This document shows positions 13,442-25,015 of a stretch of 64,000 nt of DNA, piece after piece. A program made the position numbers and the translations under genes. The notes below the pieces were generated by a model. It saw nothing but the letters and a program-made list of their open reading frames with translations, was not told the DNA's origin and ran no database searches. The stretch lies in the NCBI GenBank assembly GCA_963776245.1, contig CAVZLN010000003.1, positions 1,152,001 to 1,216,000 on the forward strand, read 5' to 3'. The number at the start of each line of letters is the position of its first letter. Position 1 is the stretch's first letter. Source of the DNA: Candidatus Eiseniibacteriota bacterium (GTDB lineage Bacteria; Eisenbacteria; RBG-16-71-46).

Positions 13442-14103
13442 ACATGATCCGCGGGCTGCTGTTCGACAATCTCGGGCTCAAGCTGCTGGCGTTGCTCATG
13501 GCGGTGCTGGTGTACCTCAACGTGTACACCGACCGGCCCGCCACCATGATGGTCTCGTTCCCGGTCCAGGTCGTCGACCTCGCCGACTCGCTGACGCTCA
13601 CCGGGCCGGTCGCCGGCGTGGTCCAGGCCGAGATCAAGGGGACCGGCAAGACCCTCATCCGGCTGCGCCTGAGCGAGCCGTCGCTCAAGGCGTCGCTCGC
13701 GGGCGTGGAGCGCGGGCACTACGAGCGCACGATCTCGGCCGCGGACCTGCCGCTGTCCGCGTTCCCGGACGTCGAGGTCATCCGCGTGGTGGGGCCGCGC
13801 ATGCTCGAGCTGGAGCTCGACCACAAGGTCACGGTGCGCCTGCCGGTCGCGCCCCGCGTCGAGGGCGCCCTGCCCGAGGGCGTGGAGCGGGGTGGCGATG
13901 TCGTGGTGCAGCCGGCCACCGTGGCGGTCACCGGGCCCGAGTCGGTGCTCGCCGGGCTCGACAGCCTCCGGCTCGAATCGGTGCTGCTCGAAGGCCGGCA
14001 CGACACCGTGCGCGCCCAGGTGTCACCCGCCGCGCTGCCGGAGTGGTGCGCCGCCGACCCGCCGGTGATCACCGTCGTGGTGCCGCTGCGCCCCGCGCGC
14101 TGA
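13438..14103 (+). CDS. YbbR/CdaR-like domain membrane protein
   Basis: N-terminal DNLGLKLLALLMAV..Y anchor, P..V.VTGPES motif; GTGA-coupled to the regulator. Confidence 0.75.
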   Translation: MNMIRGLLFDNLGLKLLALLMAVLVYLNVYTDRPATMMVSFPVQVVDLADSLTLTGPVAGVVQAEIKGTGKTLIRLRLSEPSLKASLAGVERGHYERTISAADLPLSAFPDVEVIRVVGPRMLELELDHKVTVRLPVAPRVEGALPEGVERGGDVVVQPATVAVTGPESVLAGLDSLRLESVLLEGRHDTVRAQVSPAALPEWCAADPPVITVVVPLRPAR

Positions 14104-14115
14104 CGCGCGCCCCCC

Positions 14116-14240
14116 AATGGGAACGCTCCGGCATGTAGGCCCGGAGCGCGCCCTGGTTCGAATCGATGGGCGGGGCCGAGCGCCGCGAGTGGAGATGGCA
14201 GGCTCGGTTGTGGGACGCGGTCCTCGGCGCGCCGCCGCGG
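14116..14240 (-). ncRNA. Putative sigma54-dependent small RNA (boundaries approximate)
   Basis: Non-coding stretch downstream of the sigma54 promoter, with hairpin 14176-14207 (C-rich loop) and terminal hairpin 14124-14148 followed by TTCCCATT. Confidence 0.35.
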
Positions 14241-14250
14241 AAGAGGAATG

Positions 14251-14265
14251 GCAACCCACGTGCCA
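14251..14265 (-). promoter_or_regulatory. sigma54 -24/-12 promoter
   Basis: Minus strand reads TGGCACG-TGGG-TTGC, matching the TGGCACG-N4-TTGC consensus with exact spacing. Confidence 0.6.
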
Positions 14266-14459
14266 CGCTCCGCGCCGGTGACGCGCGCGCGTCCGGGCCG
14301 CGTGGATCGCGGGTCTCGCGTCGATCGGAGGCCGCGGGAACGCTCCCCGTGGCGCGGCGCCGCTGCATCACGCAAGACCGCGCCGCGCGAGTCGCAAGCC
14401 CCGAGCGGGCGCTCGGGACGCGGGCCCCGCGGCTCACCCGGCGCGCGCCACGGCCGCGC

Positions 14460-15596
14460 TCAGCGCGCCGGCGCCCGCGGGTCCCCGAGCGGTTCCACCC
14501 GGGCCGCTCTCGCCTGCTCGAGCGCCCGCGCGAGGGCGCGCTTCTCGTCGTCGTCGCCGGCCTTCGCCAGCAGCCGTTCGAGCGCGGTGACGTGCGCGAT
14601 GTGGAGCGCCGAGTCCGCGGCGCAGGCGACGTCGGGCCGCACACCCACGCCCTCCCAGTTGGTGTGCGAGACCGGATTGCGCGCGCGTCCGTTCGAGATG
14701 AACGCGGCGAAGTGCTCGGACAGCCGCACGAATCCGCCGGGGTTCGCGGCGCCGCCCGTGGTGTCACCGACCAGCGTGGCGCGCTTGAGGTTCTGGAGGT
14801 TGTACGAGAACTCCTCGGCCGCCGAGCCGGTGCGATGGCTGGTGAGCACGAACACGTCCCGGTCCGCGTCGCGCGGGCCGGGCACCCACGGCAGGGTGTG
14901 GAACTGCTCCTCGCGCTCGCTCCCGCCCTCGCGGAACACGAGGTCGTTCAGGTGGGTGCGCTCGTCGCCCGTGAACAGGAAGCTGGACACCAGCGCCACC
15001 ATCTCGGGGCTCCCGCCCCCGTTGCGCCGCAGGTCGATGATGAGCGCGTCGGTGTGCGCGAGCAGGTTCATCGCCGCGACCGCCGCGGCGCCGGCCTCGG
15101 GGCCGGGCGGGGCGAACTGGCGGATCTCGAGGTAGCCGACGTTCCCCGCCAGCCGCTCGGCGCGTTCGAAGCCGTAGTTCGCGCGCTCCGCCTGGCGCGC
15201 CAGGCGACGCCGCTCCTCGGGTGGCGGCGGGCCGTCGCGATCGAGCATGGGGATGGGCTCGAAGCGGTAGCCGACCCGGAAGTGGCGGTCCCGGCCCACC
15301 CGCCGCAACAGCTGGGTGAGGGTGTCGGAGAACGCCTCGGCGCTGGTGAAGCGGTCGAAGGCCCCGGCCCGCTCCTGGCGCCTCAGTTCGCGGTCGAGCT
15401 CTCGCGCCACGGCGGGGAAGACGTAGTTCGCGTGCAGCGCGTGGATCAGCGAGTCCACCACCGCGCGCCGCGTCGTGGCGTCCAGCGTCATGTCCGGCTG
15501 GTCGGCGCGCGGTGGTGCCATCTGGGCACGTGCGGATGCGAGGGCCCCGAGCGCGAGGACGAGCGCGAGGGCGAGGGTCGGGAAGCGACGGCGCAT
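14460..15596 (-). CDS. S41 family peptidase (IRBP-like), secreted
   Basis: GNVGYLEI, LIIDLRRNGGG, TGSAAEEF, LVGDTTGG, WEGVGVRPD; signal peptide. Confidence 0.92.
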   Translation of the reverse strand: MRRRFPTLALALVLALGALASARAQMAPPRADQPDMTLDATTRRAVVDSLIHALHANYVFPAVARELDRELRRQERAGAFDRFTSAEAFSDTLTQLLRRVGRDRHFRVGYRFEPIPMLDRDGPPPPEERRRLARQAERANYGFERAERLAGNVGYLEIRQFAPPGPEAGAAAVAAMNLLAHTDALIIDLRRNGGGSPEMVALVSSFLFTGDERTHLNDLVFREGGSEREEQFHTLPWVPGPRDADRDVFVLTSHRTGSAAEEFSYNLQNLKRATLVGDTTGGAANPGGFVRLSEHFAAFISNGRARNPVSHTNWEGVGVRPDVACAADSALHIAHVTALERLLAKAGDDDEKRALARALEQARAARVEPLGDPRAPAR

Positions 15597-15813
15597 GACG
15601 AAGAGCCTCCGGGTCGGGACGGACAGGCGCGTCGGGAACCCCGGTTGGACCGTCCAGCGGGCGGCGCGGTTGCACGCTGCCCGGCCCCGTGGCGCCAGCG
15701 CGGCAGCGCGCTCGGCGAACGCGGCACGGGGAGGGGCAGAGGTGCGGGCCGGGTCGCCCCCCCGGGCGGTTCCGCCGGGTGCGGATCGCCTCCGTCGCTC
15801 CCCGCCATGGGTC

Positions 15814-15842
15814 TTGACACTGCCGGAGGCGGCCCCTAATCT
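15814..15842 (+). promoter_or_regulatory. sigma70-type promoter of rho
   Basis: TTGACA-17bp-TAATCT about 275 bp upstream of rho ATG. Confidence 0.65.
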
Positions 15843-16117
15843 TCGTGTCGAGGCGGCGGCTTCGCTCTCGAAGTTCCCCGGCTCATGTGCGCGGTGCCCT
15901 CCATCTCACCCCGGGCGCGCCGAACTCCCCAGCACCTAACGTTTTGCCGCTTCCCTACCACCGAGGGTTCCTCTCCAGACTCACCCGAGTCGCAAGCCTC
16001 CCCCACGGACCACCCTGACCACCGGATCGAGACGCTTCCGCGACCCCGCATCCGGGTCGGGCGCCGCCGCACCCGCGGACCACACGGCCCCGCACCTCCG
16101 AAGAAGGCGCAACCACG

Positions 16118-17410
16118 ATGGACACCGAAGCCACCCCGCAGGCCACCAGCAGCGCGCAGACCATGGAACTCACGCAGCTCAAGGGCAAGACCATGTCCGA
16201 GCTGCTCCGCTTCTGCCAGGAGCTGGAGGTGCAGGGCACCAGCGGACTGCGCAAGCAGGAACTGATCTTCAAGATCCTCGAGGCCCAGACGCAGAAGAAC
16301 GGGCTGATCTTCGCCGAGGGCGTGCTGGAGATCCTGCCCGAGGGATACGGCTTCCTGCGCTCGCCGACCTACAACTACCTGCCGGGGCCCGACGACATCT
16401 ACGTGTCGCCGTCGCAGATCAAGCGCTTCGACCTGCGCACCGGCGACACCGTGTCGGGGCAGGTCCGTCCGCCCAAGGACGGCGAGCGCTACTTCGCGCT
16501 GCTGCGCGTCGAGGCGGTCAACTTCGAGAGCCCGGAGGCGGCGAAGGAGAAGATCCTCTTCGACAACCTCACGCCGCTCTACCCGCAGGAGAAGCTCAAC
16601 CTCGAGACCAAGGACCGCTGCCTGGAGACGCGCATCATCGACCTGCTGTGTCCGTTCGGGAAGGGCCAGCGCGGGCTCATCACGTCGCCGCCCAAGGCGG
16701 GCAAGACCATCCTGCTCCAGAAGATCGCCAACTCGATCACCGAGAACCATCCCGAGTGCGTGCTCATCGTGCTGCTCATCGACGAGCGGCCCGAGGAGGT
16801 CACCGACATGCAGCGCACGGTGAAGGGCGAGGTCGTGTCGTCCACCTTCGACGAGCCCGCCGAGCGCCACGTGCAGGTCGCCGACATGGTGATCGAGAAG
16901 GCCAAGCGGCTGGTCGAGCACAAGAAGGACGTGGTCATCCTGCTCGACTCCATCACCCGGCTGGCGCGCGCCCACAACACGGTGGTGCCGCACTCCGGCA
17001 AGATCCTCTCGGGCGGCGTCGACGCCAACGCCCTGCAGCGCCCCAAGCGCTTCTTCGGCGCGGCGCGCAATGTCGAGGAGGGCGGCTCGCTCACCATCAT
17101 CGCCACCGCGCTCATCGAGACCGGCTCGCGCATGGACGAGGTCATCTTCGAGGAGTTCAAGGGCACCGGCAACATGGAGCTGGTGCTCGACCGCAAGATC
17201 TCCGACAAGCGCATCTTCCCGGCCATCGACATCAACAAGTCGGGCACCCGCAAGGAGGAGCTGCTGATGGCCCCGGACGTGCTCCAGCGGGTCTGGATCC
17301 TGCGCAAGTTCCTCAACGAGCTGAACCCGGTCGAGGCGATGGAGTTCCTGACCTCGAAGCTCTCCGACACCAAGACCAACAAGAAGTTCCTGGAAGGCAT
17401 GAACTCGTAG
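16118..17410 (+). CDS. rho: Transcription termination factor Rho
   Basis: [41 protein letters not shown]. Confidence 0.98.
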   Translation: MDTEATPQATSSAQTMELTQLKGKTMSELLRFCQELEVQGTSGLRKQELIFKILEAQTQKNGLIFAEGVLEILPEGYGFLRSPTYNYLPGPDDIYVSPSQIKRFDLRTGDTVSGQVRPPKDGERYFALLRVEAVNFESPEAAKEKILFDNLTPLYPQEKLNLETKDRCLETRIIDLLCPFGKGQRGLITSPPKAGKTILLQKIANSITENHPECVLIVLLIDERPEEVTDMQRTVKGEVVSSTFDEPAERHVQVADMVIEKAKRLVEHKKDVVILLDSITRLARAHNTVVPHSGKILSGGVDANALQRPKRFFGAARNVEEGGSLTIIATALIETGSRMDEVIFEEFKGTGNMELVLDRKISDKRIFPAIDINKSGTRKEELLMAPDVLQRVWILRKFLNELNPVEAMEFLTSKLSDTKTNKKFLEGMNS

Positions 17411-17462
17411 CGGCGCCGGACCGGCACCGCGCCGGTGCCCTGCCGGTGCCTCGAGGTTACCC

Positions 17463-18023
17463 ATGGGTCCCATCGCCATCCCGCGCCCGTCCGCCGGCGA
17501 TCACGCGCCGGGATTCACCGACGAGATCGCGCTGGTGCCCGACGCGCCCGATTTCGGCGCGCTGCTGGCCACGCAGGCGGAGGAAACGGTGGCCCTGCTG
17601 GCGCGCTTCGGCGAGAGCGGCGCGGGGGTGCGCTACGCCCCGCAGAAGTGGACGGTGCGCGAGACCGTGGGCCACCTCGCGGACTGCGAGCGCGTCCTCG
17701 GCTATCGCGCGCTGCGCCTGATGCGCGGGGACGACACCGCGCTGCCGCGCTTCGACGCCGCGGCCTACGTGTCCGCGGCGGGGTTCGAGGCGCGGCCGCT
17801 CGCGGGCGTGCGCGAGGAGTTCCTCGCCGTCCGCCGATCCACCATCGCGCTGTTCGAGGGGGCACGTCCGGACTGGCTCGCGCGCCGCGGCCGGGTCGGA
17901 TCGGGCGTCATCACGGTGGCGGCCATCGCCTATCTCATCGCGGGGCACGAGCGTCACCATCAGGCCCTGCTGCGGGACCGGTACCTGCCGCTCGTCCCGG
18001 GCCCGAGCGGCGGCGCCGGGTGA
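17463..18023 (+). CDS. DinB family protein
   Basis: [27 protein letters not shown]. Confidence 0.85.
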   Translation: MGPIAIPRPSAGDHAPGFTDEIALVPDAPDFGALLATQAEETVALLARFGESGAGVRYAPQKWTVRETVGHLADCERVLGYRALRLMRGDDTALPRFDAAAYVSAAGFEARPLAGVREEFLAVRRSTIALFEGARPDWLARRGRVGSGVITVAAIAYLIAGHERHHQALLRDRYLPLVPGPSGGAG

Positions 18024-18481
18024 CCGCCGCCCGGAGCGGCGATCCAGGCGTGCCGCCCGCGCCACCGGAGCGCTTCGAACTGGCGCTGCGCGTCGAGCCC
18101 TCGGACATCGACGTGCTCGGGCACGTGAACAACGTGGTCTACCTGCGGTGGGTGCAGGACGTGGCGATCGCGCACTGGCAGAGCGCCGCGACCCCCGCGC
18201 AGCAGGCGGCGCTGGTGTGGGTGGTGGTGCGCCACGAGATCGACTACAAGAGCCCGGCGCTCCCCGGGGACGCGCTCATCGCGCGCACCTGGGTGGGAGT
18301 GGCCTCGCGGCGCACCTTCGAGCGCCACACCGAGATCGTGCGTGCCAGCGACCAGCGCCTGCTCGCGCGCGCGCGCACGCTGTGGTTCCCGCTCGACCCC
18401 CGCCACGGACGTCCGGCGGTGGTCGGCGACGACGTGCGCGCGCGCTTCTCCGTGCCGGGTGAAGGTCCGGCGTCGGAGTGA
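18020..18481 (+). CDS. Acyl-CoA thioesterase (4HBT/YbgC hotdog family)
   Basis: DIDVLGHVNNVVYLRW, HEIDYKSPA; GTGA overlap. Confidence 0.88.
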   Translation: MTAARSGDPGVPPAPPERFELALRVEPSDIDVLGHVNNVVYLRWVQDVAIAHWQSAATPAQQAALVWVVVRHEIDYKSPALPGDALIARTWVGVASRRTFERHTEIVRASDQRLLARARTLWFPLDPRHGRPAVVGDDVRARFSVPGEGPASE

Positions 18482-18512
18482 CGCGGCCCGCTCACGCGTG
18501 GAGGGCGCGACC

Positions 18513-19070
18513 GTGACCGGCGCCGGCCCGCGCGAGCGCTCCGCCGCCGTGCTCGTGCCGCTGTTCCGCGACGCCGCGGACGCGCTGCGCGTGGTGCTCA
18601 TCCGCCGCGCCGCAGGGGGGCTGCATGGCGGGCAGCTCGGGTTCCCCGGCGGCAAGCGCGAGCCGTGCGATGCCACGCTCCGCGACACCGCGCTGCGCGA
18701 GGCCGAGGAGGAGCTCGGACTGCCGCGGGCGGCGGTCGAGCACCTCGCCGACCTGCCGGTGGTCGAGACCCGCGCGTCGGACATGCGCATCGCCCCCTTC
18801 CTGGTGCGCATCGAGCGGCCCGCCCGGTGGCGGATCGACGCGCGCGAGGTCGCCGAGGTGATCGAGCCCCGCGTGGCGGACCTCGCGCATCCGGATGCCC
18901 GCGGCATGGCGTTCGAGACCCTGCCCGGTCGTGCGGCGCCCCTGCGCATCGAGTTCTATCGGGTCGGTCCGCACCGGCTGTGGGGCGCGAGCCATCGCAT
19001 CCTGCGGCCGCTGATGGAGCGGCTCGCCGCCGGCGAGTGGGCGTCGATGGGGATCCCGCCTCAGCCCTGA
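18513..19070 (+). CDS. Nudix hydrolase, CoA pyrophosphatase-like
   Basis: AAVLVPL, HGGQLGFPGG..E....ALREAEEELG, LWGAS. Confidence 0.88.
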   Translation: MTGAGPRERSAAVLVPLFRDAADALRVVLIRRAAGGLHGGQLGFPGGKREPCDATLRDTALREAEEELGLPRAAVEHLADLPVVETRASDMRIAPFLVRIERPARWRIDAREVAEVIEPRVADLAHPDARGMAFETLPGRAAPLRIEFYRVGPHRLWGASHRILRPLMERLAAGEWASMGIPPQP

Positions 19071-19092
19071 GCCCGCGGGCTGGGCGCCCCCG

Positions 19093-20856
19093 CTACCGCT
19101 GCCGCGTGGAAACGGCCGCCGCCTCCGGCGTCGGTGCGCGGTGGAGCTCCCCCCACTCGAGCGGGGGATTGAGCACGAACCTGGCGCCACGCCGGAGCTT
19201 CAGGGCCTCGTCGAGGCGGCGGTCGATGCCATAGAGGTCGTCGCGATAGTGCACGGCGCCCGCCGAGTCCGCCCACGCCGTCCAGTAGAGGAAGTGCACC
19301 GGCATGGGCCGCGGCAGGCCGACGTTGCGCTCGATCCCGGCGGCCTCGAGCGAGTCCACCGAGTCCGCGGTCGCCTCCGCCCAGCGCGGCGCGAGCAGGC
19401 GCTCGGCGAGGGCGTGCGGCTGCTCCACGCGCACGCACCCGTGGCTGAGCGCCCGCGCCGCCGCGGCGAAGTGCGAGCGCTGCGAGGTGTCGTGCAGGTA
19501 GACGTCGTATTCGTTCGGGCACATGAACTTGATGAGCCCGAGCGGATTCCCCGGCCCGCCATCCTGCACCACCAGGTAGGGGAAGGTGTCGGTCTCGGCG
19601 GTGCTCCAGTCCACGGTCTCGGGCGGCACCTCGACCGGCGCGGGCGCATGCACGAAGAACACCCGCATGTGGTTCTTCGCCAGGTACGCCCGGTCGCGCT
19701 TGAGCGCCGGCGCGATCTCCTCGACCAGGATGCGCCGGGGCACCCGCCACGTAGGGTCGAACTGCAGATAGGTGACCGCGTCGCTGAACACCGGGGTCGG
19801 GTTGCGCGCCTCGCCCACGATGACGCGCATGCGCAGCACGGCGCGGGCGCTGTCGCGCATCTCGAGCGTGCAGTCCGGCAGGTTGACGAGGATGCAGGGC
19901 TCGGGCGGGGGCAATGGCATCCAGCGCCGGCGCTCCAGATTGAGCGCGAGCGTGCGCGCGCGCTCGGCGGCCGGCACGCCGAGCGCGGCGCGCGTCGGCG
20001 CATCCACCACCCCGCTCGGCGTCAGCGCGTGGTGTTCCTGGTAGTCGCGCACCGTGCGCTCGAGCGCGGCGTCGAACGGCGCCTCGACCGTGCCGGTGTC
20101 CGCGCCGGTCTCGGCGGCCAGCCGGCGGCGCAGTCGCGCCACCGCGGGGCCGCTGTCCCCACGCCGGAGCGTCCCACCCGCGGCGAGGCGCGGCCAGCCG
20201 CCGCGCGCCGCCGCGTCGAGCGCCACCCCGAGGGCATGGCGCAGCGCGAGCGAGCCCGGGTCGCCGGGCCCCAGAGCCTCCATCACCACCGCGGTGCGCC
20301 CGGGACGCAGGGCCGCCGCGAGCGTGGCGAGCGGATCGCGCGGCGCCCGCGCCCGCGCCCAGTCGGGATCGAGCGCGCTCGCCGGGACGCGGCCCTCGCT
20401 CGCGTCGCGCGCGTAGCGCAGGAAGGCCCGCGTCAGCCGGATGTCGAGCCCCGCGAGCGATTCGGCCGCCGCCGCCGGCCGCGCCGCGCGCATGCGTTCG
20501 CACGCTCGCTCGAGCACGGCGCCGCCGTAGTCCGCGGGCTCCAGCCCCGCGCGTGCGGCCTCGGCCAGCGCGTGGGCGCACGCGGAAGCCGCTGCCTGCG
20601 GGTGGCGGCCGTCGCTCCACGCCGGGCGATCCCCGCGCCGGTGGTAGAACCCCAGCATCGCCACCAGGAGCGAATCGTGAGCGGGAGCGGCCCGCTGCAC
20701 CACGAGGCGGGCGGTGATGGCCGCCTCGGTGCTCGCCACCTCGGGAGGGATGCGGGTCACCCGCCACACCACGAACACCACGGCGAGCAGCGCCAGCGCC
20801 ACGAAGGTGGCCGCGGCGCGGATGCGGGGCGGGGACGGCGAAGAGGAGGCAGTCAT
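19093..20856 (-). CDS. L,D-transpeptidase (YcbB/LdtD-like) with peptidoglycan-binding domain
   Basis: NLERRRW, VNLP, GPGNPLG.IKF, YLHDT, SHGCVRV, DDLYG.D. Confidence 0.9.
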   Translation of the reverse strand: MTASSSPSPPRIRAAATFVALALLAVVFVVWRVTRIPPEVASTEAAITARLVVQRAAPAHDSLLVAMLGFYHRRGDRPAWSDGRHPQAAASACAHALAEAARAGLEPADYGGAVLERACERMRAARPAAAAESLAGLDIRLTRAFLRYARDASEGRVPASALDPDWARARAPRDPLATLAAALRPGRTAVVMEALGPGDPGSLALRHALGVALDAAARGGWPRLAAGGTLRRGDSGPAVARLRRRLAAETGADTGTVEAPFDAALERTVRDYQEHHALTPSGVVDAPTRAALGVPAAERARTLALNLERRRWMPLPPPEPCILVNLPDCTLEMRDSARAVLRMRVIVGEARNPTPVFSDAVTYLQFDPTWRVPRRILVEEIAPALKRDRAYLAKNHMRVFFVHAPAPVEVPPETVDWSTAETDTFPYLVVQDGGPGNPLGLIKFMCPNEYDVYLHDTSQRSHFAAAARALSHGCVRVEQPHALAERLLAPRWAEATADSVDSLEAAGIERNVGLPRPMPVHFLYWTAWADSAGAVHYRDDLYGIDRRLDEALKLRRGARFVLNPPLEWGELHRAPTPEAAAVSTRQR

Positions 20857-20933
20857 GGTGAGATGGTGCTCGCGAGCACCACACTCTATACTTCACCCAT
20901 CGCCGCCCTGTCGACCCCTCGCTCGGAGCCTCC

Positions 20934-22274
20934 ATGACCCAACCCGGCGGCCTGCTCTCCCGCGGCTGCCTCGTGCTCGCCCTCGCCCTGCCGGCCGCGG
21001 CCGCGGTGGCACCCGCGCATGCCGCCGGGGCCCGCGCCGTCACCGACAGCGCGCTCGCGGCGGAGCGCCGCGCGCAGGGCTACGACGGCGACGTCCGGGC
21101 CCGCGCCCGCGCCGCCGAAGGGGTCCGCGCCGCGCTCGCCGAGTCCCTCGCGGTGCCGCCGCCGGGGGCGGCCGGGGAATCGGTGCGGATGTACGGCGAG
21201 GCGATCCGCGTTCTCCGCGCCACACCCGGCCCGGCCGAGCGCGAGCGCGCGGCCGGCCTGCTGAGTCAGGTCGCCGAGGAGCGGGGGGACGCGCGCGCCG
21301 CCCAGTTGCTGGGCTTCCTCTACAAGAGCGGCGACCTGCTCGGGCGCGACGACGCGCGTGCGGCGCACTTCTTCCTGCTCGCCACCCACGCTTCGGGCGG
21401 CTGCGCGGTGGCGCCGTCGTTCGCCCAGCTCGCGCACGCCTACTTCACGGGCACCGGCGTGGCGCGCAGCGACTCGATGGCGGCCCGCGCGGTGAGCGCG
21501 GCGTACTTCGGGGCCGCCGCCGAGGCCTGCCGCGCCGGGTACGGCGAGCGCGACCGCTGGGTGGCGCGCCAGGGGCTGTTCTACATCGCCGGCGAGTCGC
21601 GGATGCGGGGCGACGGAGTGCGCCCGGACCCATCCGGCGCGACCTATCAGTTCGACAAGGGAGCGCGCTTCGGAGAGGCGGCGTGCGCGCTGCGAGCGGC
21701 GTTGCTGTTCCTGCCGGCGGCGGTGGTGGACGAGGAACTGGGCGGGACGGTCGCGCCCGATCCCGAGCGCGCGCGCGGCTACCTGGAACAGGCCCGGGGC
21801 GCCGGGGTGGAGGTCGCGTCGTTGCTGCTGGCGCGCTGCCTCGCGATGGGCGTCGGCGGGGAGGCGGACCCGGCGCGCGCGCTCACGCTGTTCGAATTCG
21901 CCGCCGAGCACCGGTTGCCGCGGGCGCGCTTCGAACTGGCCGTGCGGCTCGCCGGCGGCGAGGGGCTGCCACGCGATGGGGAGCGGGGGCGTCGCGAATT
22001 GGAGCGGGCGGCGCGCGAGGACGACCCCCGGGCGATGAGCGTGCTGGGCAGCCTGGTCTACGGTGAGGCGGTCGAGGCGCGGCCGGTCGCGGACGCCCGG
22101 CGGCTCGCCGAGGCGGCGGGCTGGTTCGAGAAGGCCGCGGCGGCCGGCGATGGCCAGGCGATGTTCGCGCTCGGCGCCATGCACCGCCTCGGGCAGCACT
22201 ACCCCCAGGACCTGGCCCAGGCCGCGAAGTGGTTCGCGAAGGCGAAGGCCGCGGGGGTCACCGGCCCGCGGTGA
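20934..22274 (+). CDS. Secreted Sel1-repeat protein
   Basis: Repeated A...LG..Y..G.G....D...A..W..KAA motifs; signal peptide. Confidence 0.8.
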   Translation: MTQPGGLLSRGCLVLALALPAAAAVAPAHAAGARAVTDSALAAERRAQGYDGDVRARARAAEGVRAALAESLAVPPPGAAGESVRMYGEAIRVLRATPGPAERERAAGLLSQVAEERGDARAAQLLGFLYKSGDLLGRDDARAAHFFLLATHASGGCAVAPSFAQLAHAYFTGTGVARSDSMAARAVSAAYFGAAAEACRAGYGERDRWVARQGLFYIAGESRMRGDGVRPDPSGATYQFDKGARFGEAACALRAALLFLPAAVVDEELGGTVAPDPERARGYLEQARGAGVEVASLLLARCLAMGVGGEADPARALTLFEFAAEHRLPRARFELAVRLAGGEGLPRDGERGRRELERAAREDDPRAMSVLGSLVYGEAVEARPVADARRLAEAAGWFEKAAAAGDGQAMFALGAMHRLGQHYPQDLAQAAKWFAKAKAAGVTGPR

Positions 22275-22514
22275 AGCCACCGCGGCCGGGAACCGGCCGC
22301 GGGACCGGCCGCGAGGCGTGCCGGAGGCCGGGACCGGTCCCGGGCGCACGATCCCAGGGGCGGCTCGAGGGCGTTTGGCAAGCACCGGCCGCTTCGGGCA
22401 TACTCCCCGGCCGCTATCCAACACCGTCCCGCGCGGAGCGCCCGGCCCACGAGAGCCCTGAGCGACCATCGTGAAGAGGCCGGCCGGGGAACGCCGCCGA
22501 GAGGAGAAGTCGCG

Positions 22515-22766
22515 ATGAAGTCAGGACTGCATCCGATCTACAAGCTCCGCACCTTCCACTGCTACGGCTGCAACGCGGAGTTCGAGACCCGCACCACCAT
22601 CGAGCCCCACACCAACGACGGCAAGGTGCATCTCGACGTGTGCTCGAGCTGCCACCCGTTCTTCACCGGCAAGCAGAAGATGATCGACAAGGCCGGCCGC
22701 GTGGAGCGGTTCCGCAGGCGTTACGAGAAGAAGGACGACGCCAAGCCCGAGCCCGCGCAGTCCTAG
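22515..22766 (+). CDS. rpmE: 50S ribosomal protein L31 (Zn-binding type)
   Basis: MKSGLHP.Y, CYGC, CSSCHPFFTG, GRVERF. Confidence 0.95.
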   Translation: MKSGLHPIYKLRTFHCYGCNAEFETRTTIEPHTNDGKVHLDVCSSCHPFFTGKQKMIDKAGRVERFRRRYEKKDDAKPEPAQS

Positions 22767-22773
22767 CACGTCC

Positions 22774-22816
22774 CGAGCGGCTCCCAGGCGGGCGAACGCC
22801 CGCCGGGAGCCGTTCG
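22774..22816 (+). terminator. Long GC hairpin after rpmE (terminator or RNA-processing stem)
   Basis: CGGCTCCC-A-GGCGGGCG-AA-CGCCCGCC-GGGAGCCG inverted repeat; no strong U-tract. Confidence 0.45.
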
Positions 22817-22833
22817 CATGTCCGGAGACCGAG

Positions 22834-23769
22834 TTGCCCTTCCTGCCCATCGGCGGCCAGGCCGTCATCGAAGGCGTCATGATGCGCTCGCCCTCGCTCA
22901 TCGCGGTCGCGGTGCGCCGCCCGGACGGCACGCTGGCGTACTTCGACCGCTCCTACCGGTCGGTCACCCTGCGCGTGAAGGCGCTGGGGCTGCCGGTGGT
23001 GCGCGGCGCCGTCGCGCTGTTCGAGACCCTCTACCTCGGCATCACCGCGCTCAACTTCAGCGCCGACGAGGCCACCCACGAAGAGGGCAAGGCCGCGTCC
23101 AGGCCCTCGACCGGGCAGAGCGTGCTGCAGGGCGCCACGCTGGTGATCTCGCTCGCCGTCGGGGTGCTCCTGTTCGTGGTGCTGCCCGCGCGCCTCACGG
23201 TGGCGGCCGGCGCCACCGGGCGGGTGGCGTTCGGCCTCCTGGACGGCGCGTTCCGGCTGCTGGCGTTCCTGCTCTACCTGTTCCTCATCAGCCAGTGGAA
23301 GGAGATGGCGCGCGTGCTCGGCTACCATGGCGCGGAGCACAAGGCGATCCACGCGCTCGAGGCGCGTGCGCCGCTGAGCCCCGAGAGCGTGCAGACGTTT
23401 TCGCGCTTCCACCCGCGTTGTGGCACGACGTTCCTGTTCATCGTGGTGATCGTGAGCATCGTGGCGTTCACCTTCATCGGCCGCCCGCGCAACGTGCAGG
23501 ACCACCTGCTGCGCATCGCCTGCATGCCGCTGATCGCGGGCGTGGCGTTCGAGTTCATCCGCCTCTCGGGGCGCCACCAGGACAAGCCATGGGTGCGCGC
23601 GCTGACGTGGCCGGGCCTGCAGTTCCAGCGCCTCACCACCCGCGAGCCCGACCTCACCATGTGCGCCGTCGCCATCGCCGCGCTCGAGCGCGTGCGCGGT
23701 GACGAGACCGTGCTCCGGCTCGAGGCCGCCGGCGATGGCGCGCGCCCCGAACTGACGTTCGTCCAGTAA
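22834..23769 (+). CDS. DUF1385 domain membrane protein (true start may be ATG 22818 with an indel)
   Basis: [35 protein letters not shown]; conserved rpmE-DUF1385-prfA context. Confidence 0.9.
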   Translation: MPFLPIGGQAVIEGVMMRSPSLIAVAVRRPDGTLAYFDRSYRSVTLRVKALGLPVVRGAVALFETLYLGITALNFSADEATHEEGKAASRPSTGQSVLQGATLVISLAVGVLLFVVLPARLTVAAGATGRVAFGLLDGAFRLLAFLLYLFLISQWKEMARVLGYHGAEHKAIHALEARAPLSPESVQTFSRFHPRCGTTFLFIVVIVSIVAFTFIGRPRNVQDHLLRIACMPLIAGVAFEFIRLSGRHQDKPWVRALTWPGLQFQRLTTREPDLTMCAVAIAALERVRGDETVLRLEAAGDGARPELTFVQ

Positions 23770-23773
23770 CGCC

Positions 23774-24850
<1,077 letters not shown>

Positions 24851-25015
24851 GCCGCTCGCGCGCGGCGCCGACCCGGCGCCCGATCCGCCGCGCAACTTCG
24901 CGCCCGGCCATTCGTCCGTAGAGCAGGCGCGGGCGACGCGATCGCGATCGTCCCCGCCGCCGTCCTCACGGCCGCGGCGTCCCGGTCCACTTCCCACCCT
25001 CGAGGAGCACGGAAC

